From the NCBI GenBank assembly GCA_029717555.1, contig JAMDHS010000030.1, forward strand, positions 124,001 to 188,000: 64,000 nucleotides of DNA, given 5' to 3'. Positions 11,388 through 21,898 of the stretch are shown here, piece after piece. A model generated the notes under the pieces. That model had not been told where the DNA came from, did not search any database, and worked only from the letters and a program-made list of their open reading frames with translations. The DNA is from Peribolospora baueri (lineage: Eukaryota). Both the position numbers and the translations under genes were made by a program. The first letter of the stretch is position 1. Each line of letters opens with the position of its first letter.

Positions 11388-12708
11388 TTAGAACACAAGA
11401 GCTAGCGCGCCGGCCAATACGCCCGTCGAACCTGCAATAGTGGCAAAGTTGAGCTGTGACGCCATTGCGGCGCCATTGTGGCCACTGCTGGAAGATGAGG
11501 CGCTCGAGGAACTCGAGGAGCTCGAGGCGCTGGAAGACGAGACCGAAGAGCCCGCGGGTTGTCCCGCTCCAAGCTTAATCGTCGAGGGGATCTGCTTGTC
11601 TACATGGGGCGAGGAGGAAGAAGAGGAGCGGAGGGACGGAGTGAAGAATAAGACGATAGTCGGAACAGGGTCAAAGTGAGCTTGGAGGATATTGCAAAGA
11701 CAGGTCCTCCATGGGAAACAATAACGGCACATGTGCTGTTTGCTCATGACACCTACCCGTGAAGCTGCTGCCGCATTGCTGAACGCCCGGTGCCGCTGCA
11801 TCGGTCGCATTCGCGAGTAAGCTGTCGGTCATAATCACGGTCGCGATCGCGTGCATGCTGGATTGACAGGTTGAAACGGGCGAGAGGAAGGCGGGAGGCC
11901 AAGGACGGATGAATGTGAGGGTCGGAGTGCGACGGGTCGAAAGAGGCGGAAAGAGGCTCACCAGTCTGTGCAAAGGACGCTCGTGGGCCACTTCGATGTA
12001 TCCAGGCCGAAGATATCGGTGGCATTATCGGACTGTCCTGTCGCCTTCTCGGCGGCCACGATGGCCGACGGCATACAGTACTCGTTGTTGTTCTTCGTGT
12101 CCTGCAGGCAGAACATCTTCCGGTACATCGGATAGAGCATGACGAGCCCTGCGACCGCCACAGGACCGTCCAGCCCCTGATACAGTTCGTTGGGGCAACT
12201 GACGAAGAGAGTCTGGTTGGCAGAAGAGACGGCAGAAGAAGAGCAGTCCTTGGAAGGGCAGAAGGTGTGCAGCCAATCATCCATTGGTTGGACGCTTGCG
12301 AACGTCGAGTTCGTCATGGCGAGGTAGCCGTTCATGCCGGTGCAAGAGCCGAATTCGCCGCTGATGATGCTTTGGAGAGCCGTTTGACAGCCGCTGCGTA
12401 TCGGGGATCGAGTTGAGACAAGAGGGACGGTAGGTGGTCAGGGCCTGCAAGCATTCGATAGGTTTCGTCCAAAGCAGAGTAAGAGGCCAGGAGAGGGATC
12501 GACGCGTAACTTACGTTGAAATGGTACCACCACTGACAAGGAAATAGCCATGTCGAGGGAAGAAAAGGTGAAGCGCCAATGGTCAGCATCGCCCTATCAA
12601 AACGACCAGAGTCCCAGCGCTGCTTCCTGCTCACGAAATTTGAGCAGAGGTACCAGCCGCCAGAACGACGAGCAAGGCTGCCGCAAACCGGAGAACGCTG
12701 AAAGCCAT
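11388..12708 (-). CDS. Secreted Cys-rich, probably GPI-anchored cell-surface protein
   Basis: Signal peptide MAFSVLRFAAALLVVLAAGTSAQ (ATG 12708), an 18-nt microexon (SGGTIST), a spaced-Cys domain (GCQTAL...CTG...FCPSKDC...C...FCLQD...YC...CTDC...C), a Ser-rich stalk, then NGA plus a hydrophobic tail (VLAGALALVF*). Confidence 0.8.
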
Positions 12709-13828
12709 GCCGAAGAATACGAATTTAGGGAGACAAAGCTGCTGGACTGGGGAGCGTGAGATGGCCTAGGTTGTGGGGTGGGCTAGTAACGAACGTAAGC
12801 AGAAAAGAGAAGGGAGGGGAAGCGCGTGCGTCGCGGGACAACGAGGATACGTCCTTTTTATCGTTGTCAGGTTCCGTTCGCTGCCATCCTCGTCAGCATG
12901 TCCGGTGTGCAGCCCCAGATGCCGCGGCAAAAGTCCAGGTGAGGTCGCTATAGCCACTGTCTGCCAGTGGCGGTAATGTGCGGAACCTGAACCTGTCAGC
13001 CATAATGTGACAGCTGGAGGGGAGGAGTCCACGACGGAGAGAATGGCCCAACTGGATGAAGATCAACGAAGGGAGAGCGATTGACAGAACACGGACAGCT
13101 TGACGGCCTCCAGCGGTCGGGCCGCTGAGTTGAAAACGGCCGTCGACTCCGGGAGATGCAGATGCGTATCTACGCGAGTCGAACAGGGCCCAGAATCTGT
13201 GGGTAGAGCCGAAAAAAAAACAATGCAAGTCGGTGGAACATTGCAGCAAGCCTCCGCTCCACCTCCAACGCCGACTCTTGAAACCGTCAAGTCGCCATGC
13301 CAAGTGAATGAACGCAAGCCGGAGACTCCGGTCGGACTCGGCTTGCGACCAACGTCCACGGGGGAAGACACCGCAACTCGCTACATCGACGGAGCAAGAT
13401 CGATCTGAAATGGGTTGTGCGGATGGGACGCTCATCCTTTCGGTGCCAGTAGAAGGTCAGGATCAAGTGTCTGTGCATGGAAGAAGAAAGAGGTGGGTGG
13501 TACAGGGCCAAGTCTGCTCGGGCATGCACAATGTCGATCGGCTAAGCGATGCTCCCACTGCGTATCGTGAATGGCCCGCCCTTAGACGGCCTAAGGAACC
13601 AGTTACTCGATTCCCACGATTTACTCAGTTAATAGTCTCTTTAGGTCTCAGTACGCCTGTACGTACACTCTAAACGAATAAATCAACCACTCAAGCAAGC
13701 CACGCCGGGTCACAAGCGAAGCGCAGCCGAAGACATGCTTTATCCGTCCCTTTTAAGGAAATGGTACAATACATCTGATGAGAGAGAACGAACAGTGCGG
13801 ACAAGAACAGGGCCAGAGGCGCGGGGTA

Positions 13829-14776
13829 CTAGCCTCGTTTGAACCTGTGAGAGTGTGGATAGGGAAGATATAAGGTTAACCGACGACCACGAGCACATGA
13901 GAAGTAGACGGTCCACCGCCGACTCACCCTAGCTTCTTTCGTTCATAGAACAGGTCCGTCCGTGATGCCCCAAGGTTGACGACCTGCAAGCATGACGTAA
14001 ACCACACATATCAATGAATTGCGATCTCCCAAGGGGACTGCAAAACAGCGTCGGAGACCAAGGGCATTCGCCACTCAGTGCAGACGAGCGCTTTGAGCGC
14101 CACACCATATCCGGAGAGAGACTTACCTTCGGACACCCGTCTCTATCCTTCTCCAGCCGAACGCACTCAGCGCAGTAGTACGCGTCACTCACTCCTGGAG
14201 AAGCACATAGACAGGGAAGGACGCAAGGACAAGGCAAGCAGCGGACAAGGCAAGCAGCGTGTCCCATCGATTGTCAGCGCCTCGATCAGCTACCGCCTGT
14301 CCTTGAGCACAAACCTGTAGAGTCCACACTCACCTGGGGACCCGCAAATAATGCATCGTCCTCCGTAGGTTCCAAAGTTGCACTCTTCACAGATGCGCAC
14401 GACCGTGTGAGGACGCACTAGCGAGTCACAGATGGGGCTGAAAAACGCGATTGTCAAACGTCGTCCGTTGTGGAGTGGCGCAACGAGAAAAAGGTAAAGG
14501 GCGTTGGGAAAGAGCACAATAAAGACCAACGAAATATCAAAACCTGAACGTGTCTGTCCTCTAACGCCAGAGACACCAGGACTCACCACTTGCCGTCGCA
14601 CTTCTCGCAAAGTCTGCCCACGGCTGGGAAGGGAGGTGAGGAAATTCGGGGTCAGGTTCAGGTCCGTTCGAAAATCCGGTCAGCCAGAGAAAAGCTCGCT
14701 ATGCCACCTGATTCATGCACTTACCAATGCCGGGAAGCTTTCGGCACAGGATCAGGTCCGGATGGTGTTTGGACAT
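13829..14776 (-). CDS. RDS3: SF3b spliceosome subunit Rds3/PHF5A, 110 aa, 6 exons
   Basis: Exons 14776-14725, 14623-14587, 14437-14334, 14194-14127, 13983-13928 and 13844-13829 sum to 333 nt: [52 protein letters not shown]...[43 protein letters not shown]. Confidence 0.97.
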
Positions 14777-14883
14777 GGTGGTGGCGAGCTGGACGACTCC
14801 ACTCCTCGAAGACGGTCGACTTGTTCTTGAGTGATCGACGAAGGTGTCGGCCGAAAGCTGCGGCCGCAGCTGCTCTTGTATGG

Positions 14884-15025
14884 CACGTGACGCGACGCGA
14901 GACGCGCCGACGACCCTTTCCCGTATCTCAACTTCAACTCCAGTCGATCATCATCTGAAAGAACAAGTGGGATCCGAAGACTCCGCGTCGGACAAGGCCC
15001 TGTAGAGGTGGAACGAGTTACGCGA
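14884..15025. promoter_or_regulatory. Divergent RDS3/PACT-gene promoter with a CACGTG E-box and clustered ACGCG (MCB-like) motifs
   Basis: TGGCACGTGACGCGACGCGAGACGCG at 14881-14906, plus CGCGT near 14985 and ACGCG near 15020, all in a ~375-bp intergenic gap. Confidence 0.4.
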
Positions 15026-15152
15026 TGTGAGCGTCTATAGGCTATATTGGTTTTTGCTGTCCGTTCTTCTGAACCTCTTCAACGCTCCCCCGGTCGACCC
15101 GGGTACAGAACACCTCTCTCCGGCCGATCGAGGCTTACGACTGATCGTCGCC

Positions 15153-18100
15153 ATGGTGGTGCACCTATTCGAGTCTCCAGGCACGCTCCGGCGTCGGATG
15201 GATCAGTACGATGTTGAGGCCTCTCAGGACCAAAGCCTTCCTCCGATGCCGATTGACGACGACGAAGACGACAGCAACATGTCTTTTGGCTTCGCGCTCT
15301 CCGCTCGATCAGGCCCTTCGCGCCCTTCGAGCTCCCGACTAGAAGCAACGCCAAAACAGCGTCTCTCGAAGACTGAGGACACGAGCGTTGGTTCGTTTCA
15401 GTCCTCACAGAACAAACCTAGGCGAACCAGGCACTCGTCTGCACCCCCGCCCGAGACTCCGCAGCCGTTCGGCAGACGCTCGCCGTCCTTGCCTCCTGCT
15501 TCTTCATCATCTGCCCCTGAAGTAACACCTATTCCAGCTGCACACATGCCATCGGGAGTGGGCTATGACGAGTCGACAGGTCCAGTTATGTCTACCCCCC
15601 GCAGTCAGATGGACTCCCGACAAACCGTCAGTGCGGACAGGGCAGGTGACGCCTTCGCTACTCCTCAGCCAAGCTCAGGTAGCACAGAGATGGAGCGCCG
15701 AAGAGCACGGCTTATGGAGACGATCAGTAAGCCCACCCCTTTCTCTATTGCCCGAAGACCTCGTTTTACACCTCACCCGCACCCGCGAGACCGGCTGGCA
15801 TCGATTGCAATCGAAGACTTTGGCTCGTTGCGCTCCGAATCCGCCTCGCCCCTTGGTGGTACATCTGGAACGATCGTAAGCGACGGCGAAGGTGACGAGG
15901 CCTCGCTCCTGTCAACGTCCTCCTCCAACGACCTCAGGATGGCCCCTCGTGCTGCGAACACGTCCTTCCCCGTTCTCGGCGCCGACGGCGGCCCACCGGA
16001 GCGATACAACACTGGCAGGCTCAACGTCTTTCTCAATCGTCAAGTCGCCGCCCTGTCTGCTGAGAACAAATCACTCGCTGAGCAGCTCCATGAGGCGCAA
16101 GGTGCTCTTAACGAGGAGAGAGAGCGCAGCGAAAACTTAGGTCGCCAAGTTGGAGCAGGCGCAGCTGAGAACAAGGCTCTCGTCCAGCAGCTCACCGCCA
16201 GCGAAGCCGAGCGGAAGGCGATCGCCGAGCGGCTCAATGAAACGAGGAGCGCTCTCGACGACGAAGCCTCGAAGACTCTTACGCGTCAGCTCGAGGCGAG
16301 CGAAGCGGAAAGCAAGGCACTCGCAGCCGAGAATCGGGATCTCGCCGGACAACTCGAGGCGAGCGAAGCGGAAATCAAGGCACTCGCAGCCGATAATAGG
16401 AATCTTACCGGACGGCTCGAGGCGAGCAAAGCCGAGAACAAGACTCTTGCAGCCGAGAATAGGGCCCTCGCCGAAGAGCTCAAAGCGAGCGAAGCGGAGA
16501 ACAAGGCTCTCGAAACCGAGACTAGGGATCTCGCCGACCAGCTCGACGAGGCGAGGCGCGCGCTCGACAAGGAGGGAGAGCGCTCCGATTCGTTTGCTCG
16601 AGAGGTCGAAGTGAGCGCGGCTGAGAACAAGGCCCTGGCGGACCGGCTTGAATCTCTTGCCGAACAGCTGGAGGCTAGCGAGGAGGAGTCAAAGAAGCTC
16701 AGCGATCAACTCGACCATGCCAGACATGCCCTAGATGAGGAAGGCGCACACGCGGATGGTCTCGCTGGACGACTTGAGGAAGCACAGGACCAAGCGCGGG
16801 AACTTGAGAGCAAAGTGAGAGCACTCGAGAACGAGCTTGAAAGCAGATCCAAAAAGCTCGCGTTCGAGGGCGGCGCAGCCGAGAAGAACAACCTCAAGGC
16901 GGAGAACGCGGCCCTGGAGGACCAACTTGACGAGGCGAGGCGCGCACTTTCGAGAGAGGGCGAGCGCTCCGATTCGCTCGCTCGAGAGGTCGAAGTGAGC
17001 GCGGCTGAGAACAAGGCCCTGGCGAACCGGCTTGAATCTCTTGCCGAACAGCTGGAGGCTAGCGAGGAGGAGTCCAAGAAGCTCAGCGATCAACTCGACC
17101 ATGCCAGACACGCCCTAGATGAGGAAGGCGCACACGCTGATGGTCTCGCTGGACGGCTTGAGGAAGCACAGGACTACGCGCGGGAACTTGAGAGCAAAGT
17201 GAGAGCGCTCGAGAACGAGCTTGAGAGCAGATCCAAAAAGCTCGCATTCGAGGGCGGCTCAGCCGAGAAGAACAAGCTTAAGGCGGAGAACGCGACCCTG
17301 GCGAACCAGCTCGACGAGGCGAGACGCGCTCTCCGGGACGAGGAAAAGCGTTCAGACGCCTTCGCTGCACGGCTGGAGGCGCAGCAGCGGCTCGTAAAGG
17401 TGGGGCCTCTGTCTTCGCATTTGACGGCAAAAAGTATTATCTTGAAATCGGCCTGACGATCGTATTCATGCTCATTAAATAACGCAGGAACTCGAAGCGT
17501 CGCAAGAACAATACAAGGCAGTACGCTCGCGCTTGCTCCACGACCAACAAAAGGAGTTTGACGAACACCTCTGTCAGCTCCATCAGCTTCGCAGCGCCTT
17601 GGCTGCCAAGGACAGAGAGGCCCAAGGTGTCGCTGGTGATCGAGACCGTCTGAAGGCCGAGCGGGCCGGCGTACTGGAGGAGGTAAACAGACTCGAAAGA
17701 GACCTGGACATCGTACGACGCGAGTCGGCACAGTTTGCAGCGACTTTGCAAGTTCTCAAGCATAGGGAGTGGCAAGGCCGGGAGGATGCTCGGTGTCGGG
17801 AGCTAGAGGAGCAAAACAATCTAATCGTCGAGGAGAAAGCTAGCGCTGAAGTGCAGTTGGCGAGGATGGCTAAGCAGCTACAGCAGGTCCAGGAGGACTT
17901 TCACTTTGCCAAAGAGGTTATGGAGAATCATCGCTGTCCGGAGTGAGTCGTCCTCCGGTTCCTTCCCATTCCGGTCCGTCGACATCTTCCTAGTCGCTCA
18001 CATTGCAAGTCTTTTTGCATCGGATTCGCAGCGCCACGGACGGCCTCCTTCAATCTCCAGAAGAGCATCGACAAGAGAGCAAAGCTCTCCTGGTTCGCAT

Positions 18101-18600
18101 CCGCTATCTCAAGGCCAGGGTTCTTCGCGAGAGCGACTTCCGCGCCGACCTCGCTCATCAAAAGTCTTACCTCGTTCAACTAATCGCTGGATCTGAACAC
18201 GGGTGAGTCGGCCAGCCACCCAGTGGCGGGGCCTCGGCGAGAAAAAAGACGGGGATGGTCGAGAGATAACCACTAACCCCTGTCATGGTCCGTTGTCAGC
18301 AGAGACAAGGCATTATACGAGACGATCGCTGGGCGGATGAGGATGGAGTCTGGCTGCAATGGCTTCAAACGAGCGGCAGTTGCAGTGAGGGCCATCGTGA
18401 GGATGCAGTGAGTGGTTTTTTACTCCTTCGTGATGCTCGCCAGTGATGCTCTAACTTTTTTCTTCCTTCCATTCTCGTTTAAAAGGCTCTTGAGCAGGAG
18501 GTGGTTAGAGTCAAAATCTTGTAAAGAGGCCCTTGCCGACGCTCATTTTGCTCTCAAGAAGCGACGAGAAGCGGAAACGAAATCTAACCAAGCCCACTAG
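15153..18600 (+). CDS. Spindle-pole-body coiled-coil protein with C-terminal PACT domain (Pcp1/Spc110/pericentrin-like)
   Basis: Disordered N-terminus, long heptad coiled coil, then spliced C-terminal HRQESKALLVRIRYLKARVLRESDFRADLAHQKSYL...FKRAAVAVRAIVRMQLLSRRW, which is the PACT/calmodulin-binding pattern. Four introns in the 3' part. Confidence 0.8.
16290..16545 (+). repeat. Coding 63-nt (21 aa, 3 heptads) tandem repeat, ~4 copies
   Basis: LEASEAESKALAAENRDLAGQ / LEASEAEIKALAADNRNLTGR / LEASKAENKTLAAENRALAEE / LKASEAENKALETETRDLADQ. Confidence 0.85.
16545..17330 (+). repeat. Coding 384-nt (128 aa) tandem duplication, 2 near-identical copies
   Basis: GACGAGGCGAG anchors at 16545, 16929 and 17313, exactly 384 nt apart. 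The peptide block DEARRAL...EVEVSAAENKALA.RLESLAEQLEASEEESKKLSDQLDHARHALDEEGAHADGLAGRLEEAQD.ARELESKVRALENELESRSKKLAFEGG is repeated. Confidence 0.95.
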
Positions 18601-18794
18601 GCCGGCCTTCTTGTCTTTTTGCCTACCAAGCCTTCCCGTCGCCTTACATCTGGTTCCTCCTGTTCGTTCATACCGTTTGTTCATGTGTACCACTAGCACG
18701 CTCTCATCTGTACTTGGGTCCATTCTCGTCCATGCCACCGGCATCCCGAGAGGCTTACATACACCCGCAGAGTCCCCCACTCATCATCCATCCA

Positions 18795-21458
18795 TTACGT
18801 CACCCTCTTTCGGGCGGCCGATGAGGTTTTGTGCCGTTCTCGCACTTGCTGCTTCTTCTCCAAGTATTGCAACGCATGCTTCAAGCGCTCGTCCCCTTCC
18901 ACCTCGCTCGCACCAAGCGCGTGCACCTTCATCATTCGCCTTAGCACATCCCTCGCTTCATCCGTCTTACCCGCGATGGTCAGGCCTTGAATGGCAGAGG
19001 TGTACGTGATGACGTTCGGCTTAGGGAGCCTCACCGAAACCATGCGCATCTCGCTTTCCTTCCCTTCCACATTGGAGCTCGCCAACTGGGTCCCGCAGAG
19101 CGCGTCAAAGGCACGCTCGTCCACGGTCTCCTCGGCCTCCATCGCCTTGAGCAGCGCCGTCGTTTCGAGCGTCTTGCCCTCTTTTGCGAACGCCGCCACC
19201 ACGCACGCCCATGTCACGACGGTGGGCTCGACACCAAGGGAGAGCATATCGTGCACCACGCTCAGAACGCGCGCCGGCCCTGAGACGGTGCTGCTAGGTG
19301 TCGAACGTGAGGAGAAGACCCGAGGAAAGGCGCGCAGAAAGTGCGTGAACATGTACGCGTCCCCTCGTAGCCGGGGAGGCACGACGAGAGCGTCGGGAGT
19401 CGCAGCAGAGAATGTTCCCTGTCGCTTCCCGCGGGGGCCATTGACATCTCCGAACGCGTCGTCGAGGAAATCGGCATATGTCCTCTCCAGCAGCTCGAGG
19501 TCGTAGTGGCATAGCAGGACGAGGGCGCGCAAAAGCAGGTCTTGCGCGTATTTAGTGGCCTGGAACTTTGCGTGGACACGGTTCTCCATGGCTGCCTCGG
19601 CCATTCGTGGCGATCCCATCCCGCCGTGCTGTCCACCTACGAGTGCGCTCACGGCCACGGGCGTCTCGCTCAGCCGCGTCCACCTGAAATTGTGATGGAA
19701 AAATCGCACTAGCTCCGCCCATTGGCCGAGCCTGGCAAGAAAAACGAGCTCTGCCTGCTCGTACAGGCCGGTAGTGATTCTTCGAGCTTTAAGGCGTTTC
19801 CGCAGGCTGCGCCGAAGGCGAGTGCGAATGTGCATGAGGAAGACACGAGGGCTCGACCAGTTGTGTTTGCCGCCGGACCTAGGCGAGCTGAACAACGAAT
19901 GGAGGAGAGTCGCGATCGTGTGGACCGAAGGAACAAAGTTTTGAAGTTCCTCCCGGTTGCCGATCCCCACGTTGGCCTCCACGAGATCAAGACGATCGGA
20001 CATGTAGCTCTCCCTTATAGCGGTGCAGAGCGCCACATTCAGGAGCATCTTGCCTTCTTCGAGCTTGCCTTCTTCGAGCAAAGAACGTATGCGCGCATCC
20101 AAATTGGCTTGAGCTGCGGAGCGCTGACGAGGCGCGGACAAGGCCATCATCTCCAGTCGGTTGAGGTCCAGGTCGACATCGTCATCGGCGGAGCTGGAAA
20201 AGGCGAATTTTGGCTGGGATGCCACAATCTGCAGGACACGCTCTGCGAGTGAACGCCGCTTTGTCCTGAGAAGCCCTTCAACCACGATATGGACCGTCCC
20301 TCGCTCCACTCCCATCCGTAGCCCTCTGGACTTCATTTCATCCCGTCGTTCTGTCCAGGCCATTTGCAGCCGCTCGTCAGCGAGCACGGGTTGACTGGCT
20401 AACCGTTCGATCCAGCGGACTGCCTCTTCAGGGCGGCCGCAAAAGCATTCACTTCGTGCAGCGATGTTGTACCAGTCGGAGATCTGCAGCTCGACGTTGA
20501 GATCGGGAGCGGACAGATTTGCCGAGTAGTCGGCCCGTGTCATCGAAGGACCTTCCTTCTCTTTGCCCTTGATGCTTGCCATGACCATCGCCGGCGCCTC
20601 GCTCGCGGCCTTGTTGCTGAAACCAAACTGCCTATGTGCCTCTGCGAAGTTCGTCACGAACCACACGCTGGCCTCCGAAGAGGAGAAGCGAACGACGTGT
20701 GCAATGATCTTGTCGGCAACCATGGCGCCGTACCCTTTGGCAGCCACAGTCAACCCCCACTTGATCAGCGCCTCTCTAGCGTCCTTGCCCTTTTTTCCGG
20801 ACGCGCGAGCCATGTGGCACAACCGCTCAACGGTCCTCCTCATGTGTATGTGGAGCCTCCTCGTAGCCTTCCACTCCGCGGCCCCGCGCGCGTCGTAAAT
20901 CGGCAAGAGCATCGAATAAGCGAGAAAGTCGACCAAATGACCGTCTCGGAGGGACAAGTGCGCGGCCGCACCGTAAATGGCATTTGGCGTGAGTGGAACG
21001 CGGAGGGAATAGAGCTCGTCTCGAATCCTGGCAGCCCCGCGGAAGTCACGACGCCGGATGAGAGTGACTAAGAGATCGTCGGCGCTCGCAATGCGCTCTC
21101 GCTGGGCATTCGGAAGCTGGACGGACTGAGAAGGGGAGGTGATAAGGTACTCGACGGACTCTTCTTCGAAAAGAGAAAAATCGACGGCGGGAGAGGCGGC
21201 CGCTGCCGATGTCGTCGCGGCTTGATCGACGTTTGACGCGGCGTCGGAGAAGGCGTGAGCGGTCGAGTGCGGCACGACGACGGAAGAGTACCGGCGAGCT
21301 GCCGTCGCCGCCGCCGCCGTCGCTCGGGAGCCAACAAGGAGAGGGTGTCTCGGCCTCAGCACGAAGTGCGCTGAGCGAGGTCGGGTGCGAGCGAGGGAAG
21401 AGAAGAGGATCGACCAGAGCTCGGCGGTCGGCGAGCAGTGAGCGGTCGCGCAGGCCAT
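18795..21458 (-). CDS. Pentatricopeptide-repeat (PPR) protein, probably mitochondrial, single exon
   Basis: Long ORF with PPR motifs GVEPTVVTWACVVAAFAKEG and KPNVITYTSAIQGLTIAGKTDEARDVLRRM, and an Arg/Ala/Ser-rich presequence-like N-terminus (..ARRYSS). The start at 21458 is inferred. Confidence 0.8.
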   Translation of the reverse strand: MACATAHCSPTAELWSILFSSLARTRPRSAHFVLRPRHPLLVGSRATAAAATAARRYSSVVVPHSTAHAFSDAASNVDQAATTSAAAASPAVDFSLFEEESVEYLITSPSQSVQLPNAQRERIASADDLLVTLIRRRDFRGAARIRDELYSLRVPLTPNAIYGAAAHLSLRDGHLVDFLAYSMLLPIYDARGAAEWKATRRLHIHMRRTVERLCHMARASGKKGKDAREALIKWGLTVAAKGYGAMVADKIIAHVVRFSSSEASVWFVTNFAEAHRQFGFSNKAASEAPAMVMASIKGKEKEGPSMTRADYSANLSAPDLNVELQISDWYNIAARSECFCGRPEEAVRWIERLASQPVLADERLQMAWTERRDEMKSRGLRMGVERGTVHIVVEGLLRTKRRSLAERVLQIVASQPKFAFSSSADDDVDLDLNRLEMMALSAPRQRSAAQANLDARIRSLLEEGKLEEGKMLLNVALCTAIRESYMSDRLDLVEANVGIGNREELQNFVPSVHTIATLLHSLFSSPRSGGKHNWSSPRVFLMHIRTRLRRSLRKRLKARRITTGLYEQAELVFLARLGQWAELVRFFHHNFRWTRLSETPVAVSALVGGQHGGMGSPRMAEAAMENRVHAKFQATKYAQDLLLRALVLLCHYDLELLERTYADFLDDAFGDVNGPRGKRQGTFSAATPDALVVPPRLRGDAYMFTHFLRAFPRVFSSRSTPSSTVSGPARVLSVVHDMLSLGVEPTVVTWACVVAAFAKEGKTLETTALLKAMEAEETVDERAFDALCGTQLASSNVEGKESEMRMVSVRLPKPNVITYTSAIQGLTIAGKTDEARDVLRRMMKVHALGASEVEGDERLKHALQYLEKKQQVRERHKTSSAARKRVT

Positions 21459-21898
21459 GGCCGACGCGGCGGTAGCGGTAGAGACTTGGAGGACAAGAGC
21501 CAGGCAGGGGACGAGGTGAGAAGGTGGGAGGTGTGTGCGCTCTTCGTCGTCGTCGTCGTCGTCGTCGTCGCTGTTCTTCTTAACGGTAGCAGCGGCGCTT
21601 GTGAAGTCTTCGGGAGTGCTGCGGCCGATCCGAGTTGGGTGCTGCGCTGGAAGCGGAAGTGCGACTGGCGAGAAGGACGAGGATGATCGTCCCTCTCCAC
21701 CACCACCTTCCTTTCCTCCTCCATCTTGGCAGGCTCTATTTCTTTCCTTTTGCTCAGCCTCTCCTTGCACATCCGCAGACGCACACCAGTCCCAAGGAGC
21801 GCCGCATGAACGCCCGGCCAATCCTGGCCTAACGCGCATCTAGAGACCGTCACCCAGCCGCGGACGAACCGTAATCGCCAGTCGCCCTTTGGACCATC

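Noticed and set aside
21459..21839. 127-codon in-frame N-terminal extension of the PPR ORF, including poly-Asp
   Set aside because: It runs to within 60 bp of the STT3 ATG across the shared promoter, and the poly-Asp is a (GAC)n SSR. Open frames are common at this GC content.
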